Below, piece by piece: positions 11,396 to 23,624 of a DNA stretch of 64,000 bases. Position 1 is the stretch's first letter; each line of letters opens with the position of its first letter. The notes beneath the pieces were generated by a model, which did no database searches, had not been told where the DNA came from, and saw only the letters and a list, made by a program, of their open reading frames with translations. The position numbers and the translations under genes were made by a program. Source of the stretch: the human T2T-CHM13v2.0 reference genome, Homo sapiens; NCBI RefSeq assembly GCF_009914755.1, contig NC_060930.1; one strand, written 5' to 3'.

Positions 11396-12978
11396 TGTGA
11401 ACTAAAAGATGAGTTACATAGGTGTTTACAAAACACAACTGGACATTTTCCATTATTCTGGGATAAACCAAAATAAATTTTAAAATTTCATTTGGAGATT
11501 TCAAAGCTGAAAATGCTTTCAGCAAATTCTTAGATCTTAAGAAAATATATATTGTCTATTGTTTGTAAAATAATTTGCCTTTTTGATCTAAAAATTTTAA
11601 TACTTGAATTTAAATAGGTTTTTCTTCTGGAAAAGTTCTTTGGCATTCAAGCAAAATCAATACTTTCAGAGTAGTCACCTGCATCACACTGGAGTGACTG
11701 CTTTAATTTCTAAAGCATCAATTAGTGTAACCCAGGGTACTGATGGCCTTGATACATGATTTAGTCTTGTCATTACAGTGTGTGGAAATCAGGGCTTTAG
11801 GGGGCATCATCTGACCCCATTTCTTTTTACCACAATGGTTCCTGCTACAATGTCATAGGTTTTTCGATTATGCTGAAAAAACAGCAGTGTGATGAAAGCA
11901 GTGAAAAAAGAAGCAATCAAAAAATTCTTGATCAAAGCTCGTATAGTGGACGTTGTAATACTAACATTTGAGGAAGGAATCACTAAAACCCAACTTAGTG
12001 CAATAAGCACTGATGTCACAACTCGAAGCCCCAGCAGGAACTTCCCTGGGGTAGCTCCACCTGCTCTCCAAATGCAAATTATCTCATAGAAACAAACTAA
12101 TAATCTGTATATAAGAGCCACAACCATCATTTTCTGCAAGTCTTCCATTGATGTGCCTTCATCTATTTATTCCAATATGTAATGCATAGCAAAGAGATAT
12201 CCTCTATCCCACTAAGGTGCATAATGCTTAAGACAATGGTTGCCTTTACAAAAAGAGAATAAAGAAATCCACCATCCTTGCCATAAATCTGTGGCCCAAG
12301 GATGGAATAACATATTCTCTCCCTGCCTCTCGCCCAGTCTCGCTCAGGCTTCACCAAGGGGCCATGGATCCTACCCTCCTCACTGGAGCAGCTCAGACGC
12401 CTGCACATGAGAAGCCTGGTGTCCCAGGCCCACGACTGGAGCAAGGGTGCTGATGCCAGCAGCTGCCCACAGGTCAGGCCCCACTGTCCGGAGAGAAGCG
12501 CCACCCGAAGAGAAGCTCTGTGGGGATGGCTGGGGGCTGCAGTAGGCGGGGAAGGTGACCAGGCACCAGGCCAGGCGAGGCAGCAGCAGCCAGACTGCCA
12601 CAGCCAGCCATGCACCCTCCAGGAGCACCCATGGGTGCTCAGCCACACTGGCCTCTCCCACAGTGCCATAGCTTCGGGCACTTTGCAGCCCGCCTGCTCC
12701 TGCAGCCCCACACGGGAGCCAGAGGCCATCTCCCTGCACCTCCTGAGCTTGTGGGGCGGCTTCAATCCATCAGCAGCAGCGGCCCCGAGGCCTGCGGCTG
12801 TGAGCCAGCCCCGGGGGGCCCCCGTGGGGGCATGGGATGGTGGCAGCAGGAGGGCCCCTCAGAAAAGGGATGGGCTTGTGGTCCCCTCTGCCCTCACACA
12901 CCTGGGAGGGTGGCCTCGTGCCCCCTCGGGACCCCCGCCATCATCGCTCCAGCAGCACCCCCCGCACCACCTGCCACT
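11396..12978 (-). pseudogene. FAM8A1: Intronless FAM8A1 pseudogene (short 5' UTR, whole CDS 12941-11807, about 410 nt 3' UTR) inside the provirus
   Basis: ORF 11807-12148 MEDLQKMMVVALIYRLLVCFYEIICIW.AGGATPGKFLLGLRVV...IVAGTIVVKRNGVR is the FAM8A1 RDD-domain C-terminus. Upstream frames give LQEQAGC..PEA, WLWQS, FPAYCSPQPSPQSF, KATIVLSIMHLSGI. Several frameshifts, no introns. Which numbered FAM8A pseudogene it is cannot be told from sequence alone. Confidence 0.95.
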
Positions 12979-13188
12979 GCTCTGTCCCTATACGCCCTTC
13001 CAAAATCTCCTCCAATTATCCCCCATCCATCCAACTCCACAGTTCCCCGCTCCAGGAACCATGGACAAAACTGTTTCACTGCACCAAACTGACAACAAAT
13101 TCTGAGCACTAACTTTTACTCCCCCACTTCATAACAAATGCTTTGAAAAACTTAAATAAGCAGAATGTCTGCTTTCACTTTGTCCCAT
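12979..13188 (-). pseudogene. gag: HERV-K gag 5' remnant (matrix N-terminus)
   Basis: ATG at 13188: MGQSESRHSAYLSFSKHLL*SGGVKVSAQNLLS (fs) FGAVKQFCPWFLERGTVELDGW, similar to HERV-K MA (MGQ..., QFCPWFPEQGT). Confidence 0.88.
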
Positions 13189-13300
13189 TGTCACCCTGGT
13201 TCTTCCCAGGCTCAGCTTCTTTTAGATGTCCTCGGGTGCCCTTTGACAATGCATCCTCAGCTTTCACATGCTCTGGCGTTCCTTCACCAGGGTCTTTGTC

Positions 13301-13319
13301 ACCCCACATTGGGCAGCCA
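13301..13319 (-). promoter_or_regulatory. Primer binding site, tRNA-Lys(CUU)-like
   Basis: TGGCTGCCCAATGTGGGGT, 4 nt after the 5' LTR, versus canonical TGGCGCCCAACGTGGGGC. Confidence 0.8.
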
Positions 13320-13323
13320 GGAA

Positions 13324-13669
13324 TGTTGAGGTGATCAGACCTAACACCAGGTCGTGGGAGCGACGAAGTCCGGTGGAGCCAAAGGAATGAGAAAAAGACA
13401 GTTTAGGAGAGAAAGTGGGACCACGGGGCCATCGCGAGTGTGGAGGCTGGGAAGGCCCCGAGCTCTGGGAGCCCACATTATTTATTGGTGCTCAACAAAC
13501 AAACAGGTGGTGAGGATGTGGGGGTTGATAGGAAACAGTGTATCAAGTGAATGAGAAACATATGGCTGCTTGAGATAATGGGAGTGCTAGAAGCAAGGAG
13601 CCAGCAAGTCTAGCGGATGTGCAAGCCCTTCCTCAGCTTCTCTCCCAACACTCAGCTTTTCTCCCAACA
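13324..13669 (-). mobile_element. 5' LTR (LTR14A-like, 346 bp)
   Basis: Direct repeat of 9054-9382; followed on the minus strand by the PBS and gag. Confidence 0.9.
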
Positions 13670-13736
13670 AGTGGTTGCCAGGAGCCGGGTATTGGGGGAG
13701 AAGTTGACTACAAAAGGGCATGAAAAATCTTTTTGG

Positions 13737-14026
13737 GGCCAGGTGTGGTTGCTCACACTCCAGCACTTTGGGAGGCTGAGGCAGGCAGATCACTTGATGT
13801 CAGAAATTCAAGACCAGCCTGTCCAACATGGTGAAACCCCGTCTCTACTAAAAATACAGAAATTAGCCAGGTGTGTTGGCAGGTGCCTCTAGTTACAGCT
13901 ACTCAGGAGGCTGAGGCAGGAGAATTGCTTCAACCCAGGAGGTGGAGGTTACAGTGAGCCGAGATTGAGGCACTGCACTCCAGTTTGAGCAATAAGAGCA
14001 AAACCCCATCTCAAAAAAAAGGAAAA
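13737..14026 (+). mobile_element. Alu (AluS)
   Basis: Dimeric Alu with A tail, inserted in the L1M relic. Confidence 0.93.
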
Positions 14027-14174
14027 AATAATTTTTTGGATCCAGGGAAATATTCTACATCTTACTGGTGTGGTAGTCACCTGGCTGCATGCATTCATGA
14101 AAACTCAGAACTGTACACAAAAATGGTAAATCACACTGCATGTAAATTACACTTTAATAAAAAAAAATTTAAGG

Positions 14175-14400
14175 GTCCAGGCTCTGGAATCAGACTGCAT
14201 TCAAACCTTTGCTTCTCCACATTTTGGCCGTGTGACCACAAGCTATATTGTAACCTTTCTGAGTCTAATTTTCTTGACTTGTAAAACACAGCTAATAACT
14301 CCAGAGGGTTGTTGGGAAAATTAAATAAAATAATGTACGTAATTGTTTACCATGATGCCAGGCCATACAAGTGCACAATAAATGGTAAGTATTACTATTT
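14175..14400 (+). mobile_element. MIR
   Basis: GGCTCTGGAATCAGACTG...TGTGACC...AATAAATGGTAAGTATTACTATT. Confidence 0.75.
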
Positions 14401-14904
14401 TTATCCTCCTGTTAAAGAGCTAAGAAGTTGTTTAGGGCAGAAGTTTCTAGACAGAGTTGTGTGAGTTATTCTTTTAAATAGGAAATAGTTTATTAGACAG
14501 CTTGTTAAGAACACTAGAGTCTCATAAAAAGAGGTCATCTATTTTACTTTCTGGGTAAAATTTTATACCCCCACAAAAATTCTTTTCAATTCTTTCTCTA
14601 AAATATTGGAGATCAGCTCCAGATGTCATTTGCTCACGTTTTTTGAGAGAACAGTGGCCATATTGGGTAAGTTTGAGTCCTTGGAAAATAAACGGAAGAA
14701 AGTGTGAATAAATAGATAAATAACCCTTCCAAATATACACCCCAATACTAGTTCCTGAAATATTAATTATGCATTCATTCAACCAAAGAGCACCTCTATG
14801 TGCCTGATACTGACTGACTGCCCTAGGTGTTGAAAATTCAGCAGTCACCCAAGTAGGCAAAAAGTCCTTATCCATGGGGAGCTTTGGAGTTACATTCAAT
14901 ATGA

Positions 14905-15213
<309 letters not shown>

Positions 15214-16118
15214 TGAAATTTTCTGAGTAAGCTTCCTAGGTATCCTGTCCACAGAGATTTGAATGACACCCTTCTAGCCCCTGGACATTTAGAAACAATT
15301 ATGAAGACATATCCCTCAACTACCTATCTCTTCTATTTAGTCCCACAACGTGTACCACTCTTCATTTTCTCCCTTGCAGATCTTAGACCCCCTCAGACTG
15401 TGCCTTATAGCCCTCTTTTTAAGTAAATTTTTATCTTAAAATAATTATCAACTCACAGAACATAGAAATGATAATACAGAGTCCAACGTACCCTTCACTC
15501 AGCTTCTTCCAATCATAAAATCTTATGTAACTATATATAGTACAATATCAAAACCAAGAAGTTGGTATTGGTACAATATTGTTAACTTGACAACTGGTCA
15601 TATCCAGATTTAAACCCCCACTCCATGCCCATTGATTGAAACTCTCCTCAGTTCCTTGATCTTCCAGTATCTTTCTAGATGGGAATAGTTTCTCCTCTTG
15701 TGGGGACCTGAAGCTGACGACCCTAAGACTCAGCTGGACTGTTCACACTCTTCCAATCAGGGAGACTCTATTCAAATGCTGTTGTCCTAAATTCCTATTC
15801 TCAGTCTGCTGTATCTCTGCCAAAACCTTATGCCAGAATTTTATTTGAAACCACAAGGACACTTATTTTGACCTTACATCTCCTCTGCCCCCACAGGTCA
15901 TTGTCTGAAATGTAAGCTTCTCATCTGTTTTCCCTACTGTCATCCTCAGATATCTCCATGTGTCCTTTTCACCAATCTAACCTTCCACTCTTTTCCTTTC
16001 TTCAACTTTTTTCAACTATACTTTCTGAAATTCCTATTTCATGGTAATTAAACTTTCTTACAGACACACACACATGTACACACATACACCCCTAAACACA
16101 CCTTCACAGAAAGACAAT

Positions 16119-16501
16119 TGTATTTATTTGTTCTTGCTACAAAGAACTACCTAAGACTGGGTAACTTATAAAGAAAAGAGGTTTAATTGGCTCACAGTTC
16201 CACGGGCTGTACAGGAAACATGGCTGGGGAAGCCTCAGGAAACTTACAACCATGTTGGAAGGCAAAGGGGAAGCAGGCATGTCCTACCTACATGGCTGGA
16301 GCAGGAGGAAGAAAGTAAGCGGGGAGGTGCTACACACTTTTAAACAACCAGATCTCGTGAGAACTCACTCACCATCACAGGATCAGCAAGGGGAAAATCT
16401 GCTGCCATGAGCCAATCACATCCCACCAGGCCCCACCTCCAACATTGGGGATTACAATTCAACATGAGATTTGACTGGGGACACAGAGCCAAACCATATC
16501 A
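16119..16501 (-). mobile_element. MaLR solo LTR (MSTA-like)
   Basis: TG...CA ends, MST motifs (AAGAAAAGAGGTTTAATTGGCTCACAGTTCC; GGGACACAGAGCCAAACCATATCA), 5-bp TSD ACAA(T/C). Confidence 0.85.
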
Positions 16502-17543
16502 ACAACTTTACCATCTTATCTTCAGTAAAACTAGATTTCTTCACAGTCACCACCTCCCCAGAAAACCTTCTGAAGTGAAGGACGCTAAACCTTCCTCCAC
16601 ATCAGCAAACCCGTTCAAATGACAGTGCCATCAGCCAACTATGAGACTGTGGTGGCGTCAGTATCTTCACAGATCCTCAGGTTTTCTTCCAAATCCTTGT
16701 TTCTCTATCCTTGCATGAAGACCCTCATGGCATCTGACTATTCTGCCTCCTTCCCTCCTGATTGCTGTCCTCTACCAGCTGTTTGACATCCATCATAAAT
16801 CTTGGTACCTGCTCATAGCGCACTTCTCTATCCCATGTCCTGCTATCATAATGATAACACCAGTGACCATTAGTGTCCATGTGGATGACATTTCCAACAC
16901 TCTAGATTCCCAGGTTCTTGAATTTATGAGTTCTAGTGGCCTTTACTTTCTCTAAACTCCAGCCTTTTATACCTACTGCCACATCCTAGACTGGGTTATA
17001 ATCCAGAATCCTCCCACATGTGACACCTTGAGCTCTAATGCCTACTCTCTGAACTTACCTCATATATTTTGAAGTTTTTCACATTCACTAGTGCCTTTAA
17101 ATCTATTTTTGGTGTTATATGTCTATTTCAAGTCCCCTGATGACTCCATTTTCTCCTAACAATCAGTGTCTTCCTAAAGTCACTTCCTTTACGACCTAGT
17201 CTGGACCCCATGGTTGATGACTTGAATTCATCACCAACAACCACGCACTCCTATTCTTATACTGTATGTTCTGTCAAAGTCCCAACACTGCACCACACTC
17301 AAAATCTCTGCTTTATTATTCTACAGCTAGAATGCTTACCACTGGTCTTCAGTGAAACCCTCAATGTCATTCGACGTATCTGTTTGATGCCCATAGTAAA
17401 TTGCTGCTTTATCTTCCATTCTCTTTCAGGCCTTCACCACCATTCTTCTCAATTCCTCTATCCACAGTGTATCTTCACCATTTCCACTTTAATTAGACAG
17501 GTTCATGTTTAAGGGATCACTCTGATAGCAGTGAGGTGAGTGT

Positions 17544-18075
17544 TGTGATAGCCAGCCTCCAAGATGGCTCCAGTGATCATGGCCTTTTGATATTCATGCC
17601 GTTCCATAGTCTCCTTCCTCCAACAGAACATGCATAACCAATAGAGTACAGTAGACGTGACAAAGGTAACTTTTGGGGCTAGGTTATAAAAGGAATTTCA
17701 GCTTCTGCCTTGGCATCTTGGACTGTTTGTTCTTGTGGAAGCTAGGCTGCCAGGCCATGAGGGCATTCAAACAATTCTGTAGAGAGGGTTACCAAGGAGG
17801 AACTGGGGCCTTCAACTAACAATCCCAACCAGTATGTGAGCCATTTGAGAGTCACCTGGGAAGTGGATCCTCCAGTTCCAATCAAAGCTTCAGACAAGTG
17901 CGACTCCAGCTAGAATCTTGACTATGACTTCATCAGAGACCCCAACACGGAACCACAGAGCTTAAGCTTCTCCTGAATTCCTGACCCACAGAAACTATAA
18001 GATAGTGTTTATTCATGTTGCTTTAAGTTACACAGTCTTAAAATAATTTATAATGCAGACATTCATAACCAACAC
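17544..18075 (+). mobile_element. MLT1 (E/F-like) MaLR LTR
   Basis: CAGCCTCCAAGATGGCTCC...GAATTCCTGACCCACAGAAACTATAAGATA, typical MLT1 motifs. Confidence 0.7.
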
Positions 18076-18729
18076 AGATGAGTTTAAGAGAACAAGACCA
18101 GAGGCATGCAGATTTGTAAAGAGGTCATAAAATAGTGCAGGCAAGTGCTGACAAGAGCTTGAATTAGAGCTGTGGGGTTCAGATGCAGAGAAGAGTAAAA
18201 TCTAACAAATATTCAGGGATATAAATACACACAAAACTGAGTGGATGTGGGTGTTCTGGGAGCATGTAATTATTCTCAGCTTTCTAGCTTTGCTGGCTAG
18301 ATGCCAAAATTAAAATAGAATGTGCAGGAGGAAGAGTATGATTGGAGAGAAGGATAATGAGCTCAGAATTGTGACTTTGAATCTGAGGTGCACTGATATT
18401 CTCCGTGGATATGCCACCAAAGACCTCTACAGTGCCCATTTCATTGGTCCCTTTTCAGCCTTTAGCTTTCTGGAGTGCTCTGCCTCATCTGACACCGTTA
18501 ACTGCTCATTACATCTGCACATTTTCTGCTTTCTTGAATCAATACTCTTCTGGTTCTTCTTGAATGCTCACATTTTCTCTCCAATCTCCCTTACCACTTC
18601 TTTTGTGCACCCAAATATTGGTGTTCCACAAGATTCCACCTCAACCTGCTACTCAACTTTCTCCAAAAGCTCTGCATTGTTTCCCAGAATCTAGGATTTG
18701 TTTCCTGGGATTCAGCAGAATGAGGTTTT

Positions 18730-19395
18730 TTTTGTTTTTTGTTTTTTATGTGAAGGCAAGTTTATTAAGAAAGTAAAAGAATAAAAGAATGGCTACTCCA
18801 GGGGCAGAGCAGAGGCATGAGCTGCTCAACTGAGTACATTTAAGTTATTTCTTGATGATATGCTAAACAAGGGGTGGATTATTCATGAGTTTTCCAGGAA
18901 AAGGGTGGGTACTACTCAGAATTGAGGGTCCCTCCCTTTTTTAGACTACATAGGGCAATTTGTGAATGTTTGCCATAGCATTTGTAAACTGTCATGGCGC
19001 TGGTGGGAGTGTCTTTTAACACGCTAATGAATTATAATTAGAATATAATGAGCAGCGAGGATGACCAGAAGTCACTTTCCTCACTATCTTGGTTTTGGTG
19101 GGTTTTGGCCAGCTTCTTTACCACATCCGGTTTTATCGGCAGGGTCTTTGTGACCTGTATCTCGTGCCCCCTATCTCATCCTGTAACTAAAAATGCCTAA
19201 CCTCCTGGGAATGTACCCCAGTAGGTCTCAGTCTTATTTTACCCAGCCCCTATTCAAGATGGAATCACTCTGGGTCGAATGACTCTGAAATATTTCCCCC
19301 CTCCCTTTTACAAGGGGATCCTTTATCCTAAGGGTTGTAGAGAGACAAAGATACATCTTTTGTATCTTCTTCAGGTTGAATAAGGGCAATGATAT
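18730..19395 (-). mobile_element. MER41B-type ERV 3' end (internal about 105 bp incl. PPT + U3 + R + poly(A)), L1-processed copy
   Basis: Matches recalled MER41B consensus (CTCCCACCAGCGCCATGACAGTTTACAAATG; GGAGTAGCCATTCTTTTATT...AATAAACTTGC). No U5; A-tail; 16-bp TSD AGCAGAATGAGGTTTT at 18714-18729 and 19396-19411. Confidence 0.88.
18892..18900. promoter_or_regulatory. GAS/STAT1 motif TTCCAGGAA in MER41B U3
   Basis: Fits TTCCNGGAA at the position of the MER41B tandem GAS pair; partner site at 18913-18921 is degenerate (TACTCAGAA). Confidence 0.55.
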
Positions 19396-19619
19396 AGCAG
19401 AATGAGGTTTTAAAATCAAATAACCTGATATATTGTCTCTTCTTACATCTATATATACAAGTTTCTAACTGACATAGTTATAATCTCCTTCACATAAGTT
19501 ATAATATCCTGTTATTGTTGTAATGCTGTATATGTATGTGTGTAGTATATCTCTCTACCTATATCAGTAATATTGAGTAACTGTTAGGTTTGGGGGAGTG
19601 CATGGCAGTGGACCCCTAA

Positions 19620-19997
19620 GTCATTAGAATAGTTTGCAAATATTCCTGTTGCCCTTCTGGACATACAGAATTGAAACTCCATGCTTCTTTGTCCTTGAAA
19701 CTAAAGTATGGCCATTTTCTTGCTCTGGCCAATAAAATGTGAAGAAAAGTGACACATGCAACTTCTGGCATGAAAGCATCAATAGCAACCACACCATTTA
19801 CCATGTTCTCTTTCCTATACCTTGGTTCTAGGTCCCTGAATGACTACGGGGAGCTGAACTCCCTATGGATGTGCATTAAGTATAAATATGGGAGGGAAAT
19901 ATGCATTAGGTATGGGAGGGAATTATGCAAAGTCATTGGTTTGTTTGTTTTTGTTTTTCTTTTCCTACCATATTACTAGGTTATCCCCACTGATACA
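19620..19997 (+). mobile_element. MLT1 (I/J-like) LTR relic
   Basis: CTTGCTCTGGCCAATAAAATGTGAAGAAAAGTGACACATGCAACTTCTGG motif; approximate ends. Confidence 0.6.
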
Positions 19998-20149
19998 ACT
20001 ACAATAAAATTCCAAGTAATATAAGAGTATGTCTCCTGAAGTTCTGAGGCCCCTTGTGTCAAAGGAGTAATAGAAAGTTAATGATCTCAAATACCTAAGT
20101 TAACTAAGTACTGCTTATGTATATACAGTCCCTCCTAGGTAATACATAC

Positions 20150-20578
20150 TGTGATGGTTAACACCAAGTGTCAACTTCATTAGATTGAGGGATACAATGT
20201 ATTAACCCTGGGTGTGTCTGTGTGGGTGTTGTCAAAAGAGATTAATATTTGAATCAGTGGGCTGGGGAAGGCTGATCCACCCTTAATTTGGTGAGCACAA
20301 TCTAATCAGCTGCCATCAAATATAAAGCAGGCAGAAAAATGTGAAAAGGAGAGACGGGCCTAGCCTCCCAGCCTACATCTTTCTTCCATGCTGGATGCTT
20401 CCTGCCCTCAAACATCAGACTCCAAGTTCTTCAGTTTGGGGACTCGGACTGGCTCTCCTTGCTCCTCAGCTTGCAGGCAGCCTATTGTGAGACCTTGTGA
20501 TCATGTGAGTTAATACTTAATAAACTCCCCTTTATATCTTGTTAGTTCTGTCCCTCTAAGAGAACCCTGACTAACACA
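20150..20578 (+). mobile_element. MLT2A (HERV-L) solo LTR
   Basis: TGTGATGGTTAA...GAGAACCCTGACTAACACA with 5-bp TSD CATAC. Confidence 0.88.
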
Positions 20579-20751
20579 CATACCAATCCCAGGAGTGGTA
20601 ACTGAAGACTTCCTCCTCCTGTTTCCACACTTAAAGAAGAGATAATTAGTTGGTTTAAAGTTATTTTTTTCAATTTCAATTTTAAAACTTAGGCCAAGTA
20701 CACAGAATACTTGAAACCTCTTTGGAACATCCTCTGGGCTCTCAAAAGTAC

Positions 20752-20850
20752 ATAAAATTTTCAGGACACCATCTAAATGTGCAAGATTGTTTAAAGGATA
20801 TAAAATTTTCAGGACACCATCTAAATGTGCAACATTGTTTAAAGGATATA
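20752..20850. repeat. 48-bp tandem duplication (2 copies, 1 mismatch)
   Basis: ATAAAATTTTCAGGACACCATCTAAATGTGCAA(G/C)ATTGTTTAAAGGAT x2. Confidence 0.95.
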
Positions 20851-20969
20851 GTAAAGCATTTAGTTCCTTGGTGGTAGTGGGATCAAGCTATGAAAAAACT
20901 ATAAGAACCTAATTTTAATATAGTCCTTCTATTATCTCTATGTATTTATTAAATATCATTATTTTATAA

Positions 20970-21272
<303 letters not shown>

Positions 21273-21679
21273 GACAAATTGTTATTATTAATTTTTTTCT
21301 TAATCTAGGTAAACTTTGGGTGATATTAACCCAGGAAAATTTGTAGAATACAGGTAGCTCATGTTAAAATGAGTTTTTCCAAGAGTTTACATATAATATT
21401 ACATGTATACCTTTTTAAATAAAAATCCTATAAGAGTTTCTCTATTTGTATCATTTCACCACTTCACCTTTTGACTTATTCCCATACAAGGGAATTATGG
21501 ATAAAGGCAAAAATGATAAATAAGGAATCACTTAAGCAAATGAAATCTTTCCAGAATACTGATGGGATCTTCAGTATGTCCATATCTTTCCTCAAATGGT
21601 TACATTAGCTACATTTTCCCAGAAGATTTTGAGAGAATTCTTAGATAGAATTTTTCAGCACTCTGAAGAACATATGATA

Positions 21680-22584
<905 letters not shown>

Positions 22585-23624
22585 TGATATAACACTCTTT
22601 AACAGTCATATTGTAGATCAATATAGTCATTGTTAAGCAAAGAATTTAGCATCTAGATAACTGAGGTAAAAAAAAAAACTTGGTCTTGAAAGAAAAAGTC
22701 ATCTTCTTTTTGTCTGAATTATTAGATTGCTTACTTACAATAAAACACATTGACCAGGTAATAAGCCAGCTCCACAATGAACCCATAAATGTGTGCAATG
22801 ATAAAAAGGGCCTAGACAAGAAAGTTTCCAAACCCTAAAGACTAGATCGAATAAGCTACATATGAGGCTTTGTGGTTAAGGCAATCTGACCATGTGCGAT
22901 CTCAACCCATAATGTATTTTCTCATTACACAATTAAAGAAATATTGCATAAAAAGTTATCCATAATACAAAAGCTACCATTAGGAAGCACGGTAGAACAA
23001 CTGGTTTTAATTTAAATATTGCGTAAGCTTACTTATTATTATAAATGAATCTTTGGTGTTCTGACAATTTATTACACTGTGCTTGGTATTTGGTACAATA
23101 TACAAATTTCCTTTCTCTAGAAGATAAACAAGTCATTTCTCAACAAGGGATAAAACAGTGGACAAGATTCCACTCTAGGGGTGGCCCCAGGCAAATGAAT
23201 AGAGTCATGGTACAGCTACTAAATGTTTGAGGAGGGCAAATGTCAGGAGTTATGAACACATTCAGGGGGCACCTGACCCTGTCTAGAAGTCTTGGGAAAA
23301 TCTTCCTGGAGGGAGTGCTATGCAACTGAGTACGGGTTAGTCATGTGAAGAAATGGGGGGTGGGAGTAGGGTGTTCAGGAGGAGGGCTGGAGTATTCTAA
23401 GCAGAAGAAAGGGGATAAGGCAACTGGAGGGGAAGATCTCACACACTAAGGGAAAAGCACATGCTTGCATACTCCAGGAGCATAATCTGAGGGTGGGGGG
23501 GAGCGCCCAGAGATGAAACTGGAGGTATCCAATTTAAATGGTAACTGTATATTCATGTTTGGTTTTTCAACACATCTAGGTATTAACTGAGTCATCCAAT
23601 AAACTTTTGGTATTTTTAAAATGC

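Larger units (their letters stand above)
9054..13669 (-). mobile_element. Defective HERV-K (HERV-K14/HML-1-like) provirus carrying a transduced FAM8A1 cDNA
   Basis: Two LTRs (TG...CA), 6-bp TSD AGTGGT (9048-9053 and 13670-13675), Lys-type PBS, PPT, and gag/dUTPase-pro/pol remnants of betaretroviral type. Confidence 0.93.
8700..14170 (+). mobile_element. Old L1M (L1MB/ME-like) 3' end, split into three pieces by the provirus (9054-13669) and an Alu (13737-14026)
   Basis: Removing the provirus rejoins GCAGATCAGTGGT|TGCCAGGAG, the typical L1M 3' UTR motif. Resumes after the Alu with ...CATGTAAATTACACTTTAATAAAAA. Confidence 0.75.

Noticed and set aside
12407-13105. 232-aa and 160-aa plus-strand ORFs
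   Set aside because: Antisense to the GC-rich FAM8A1 exon 1/gag junction; stop-poor by composition, with no recognisable protein
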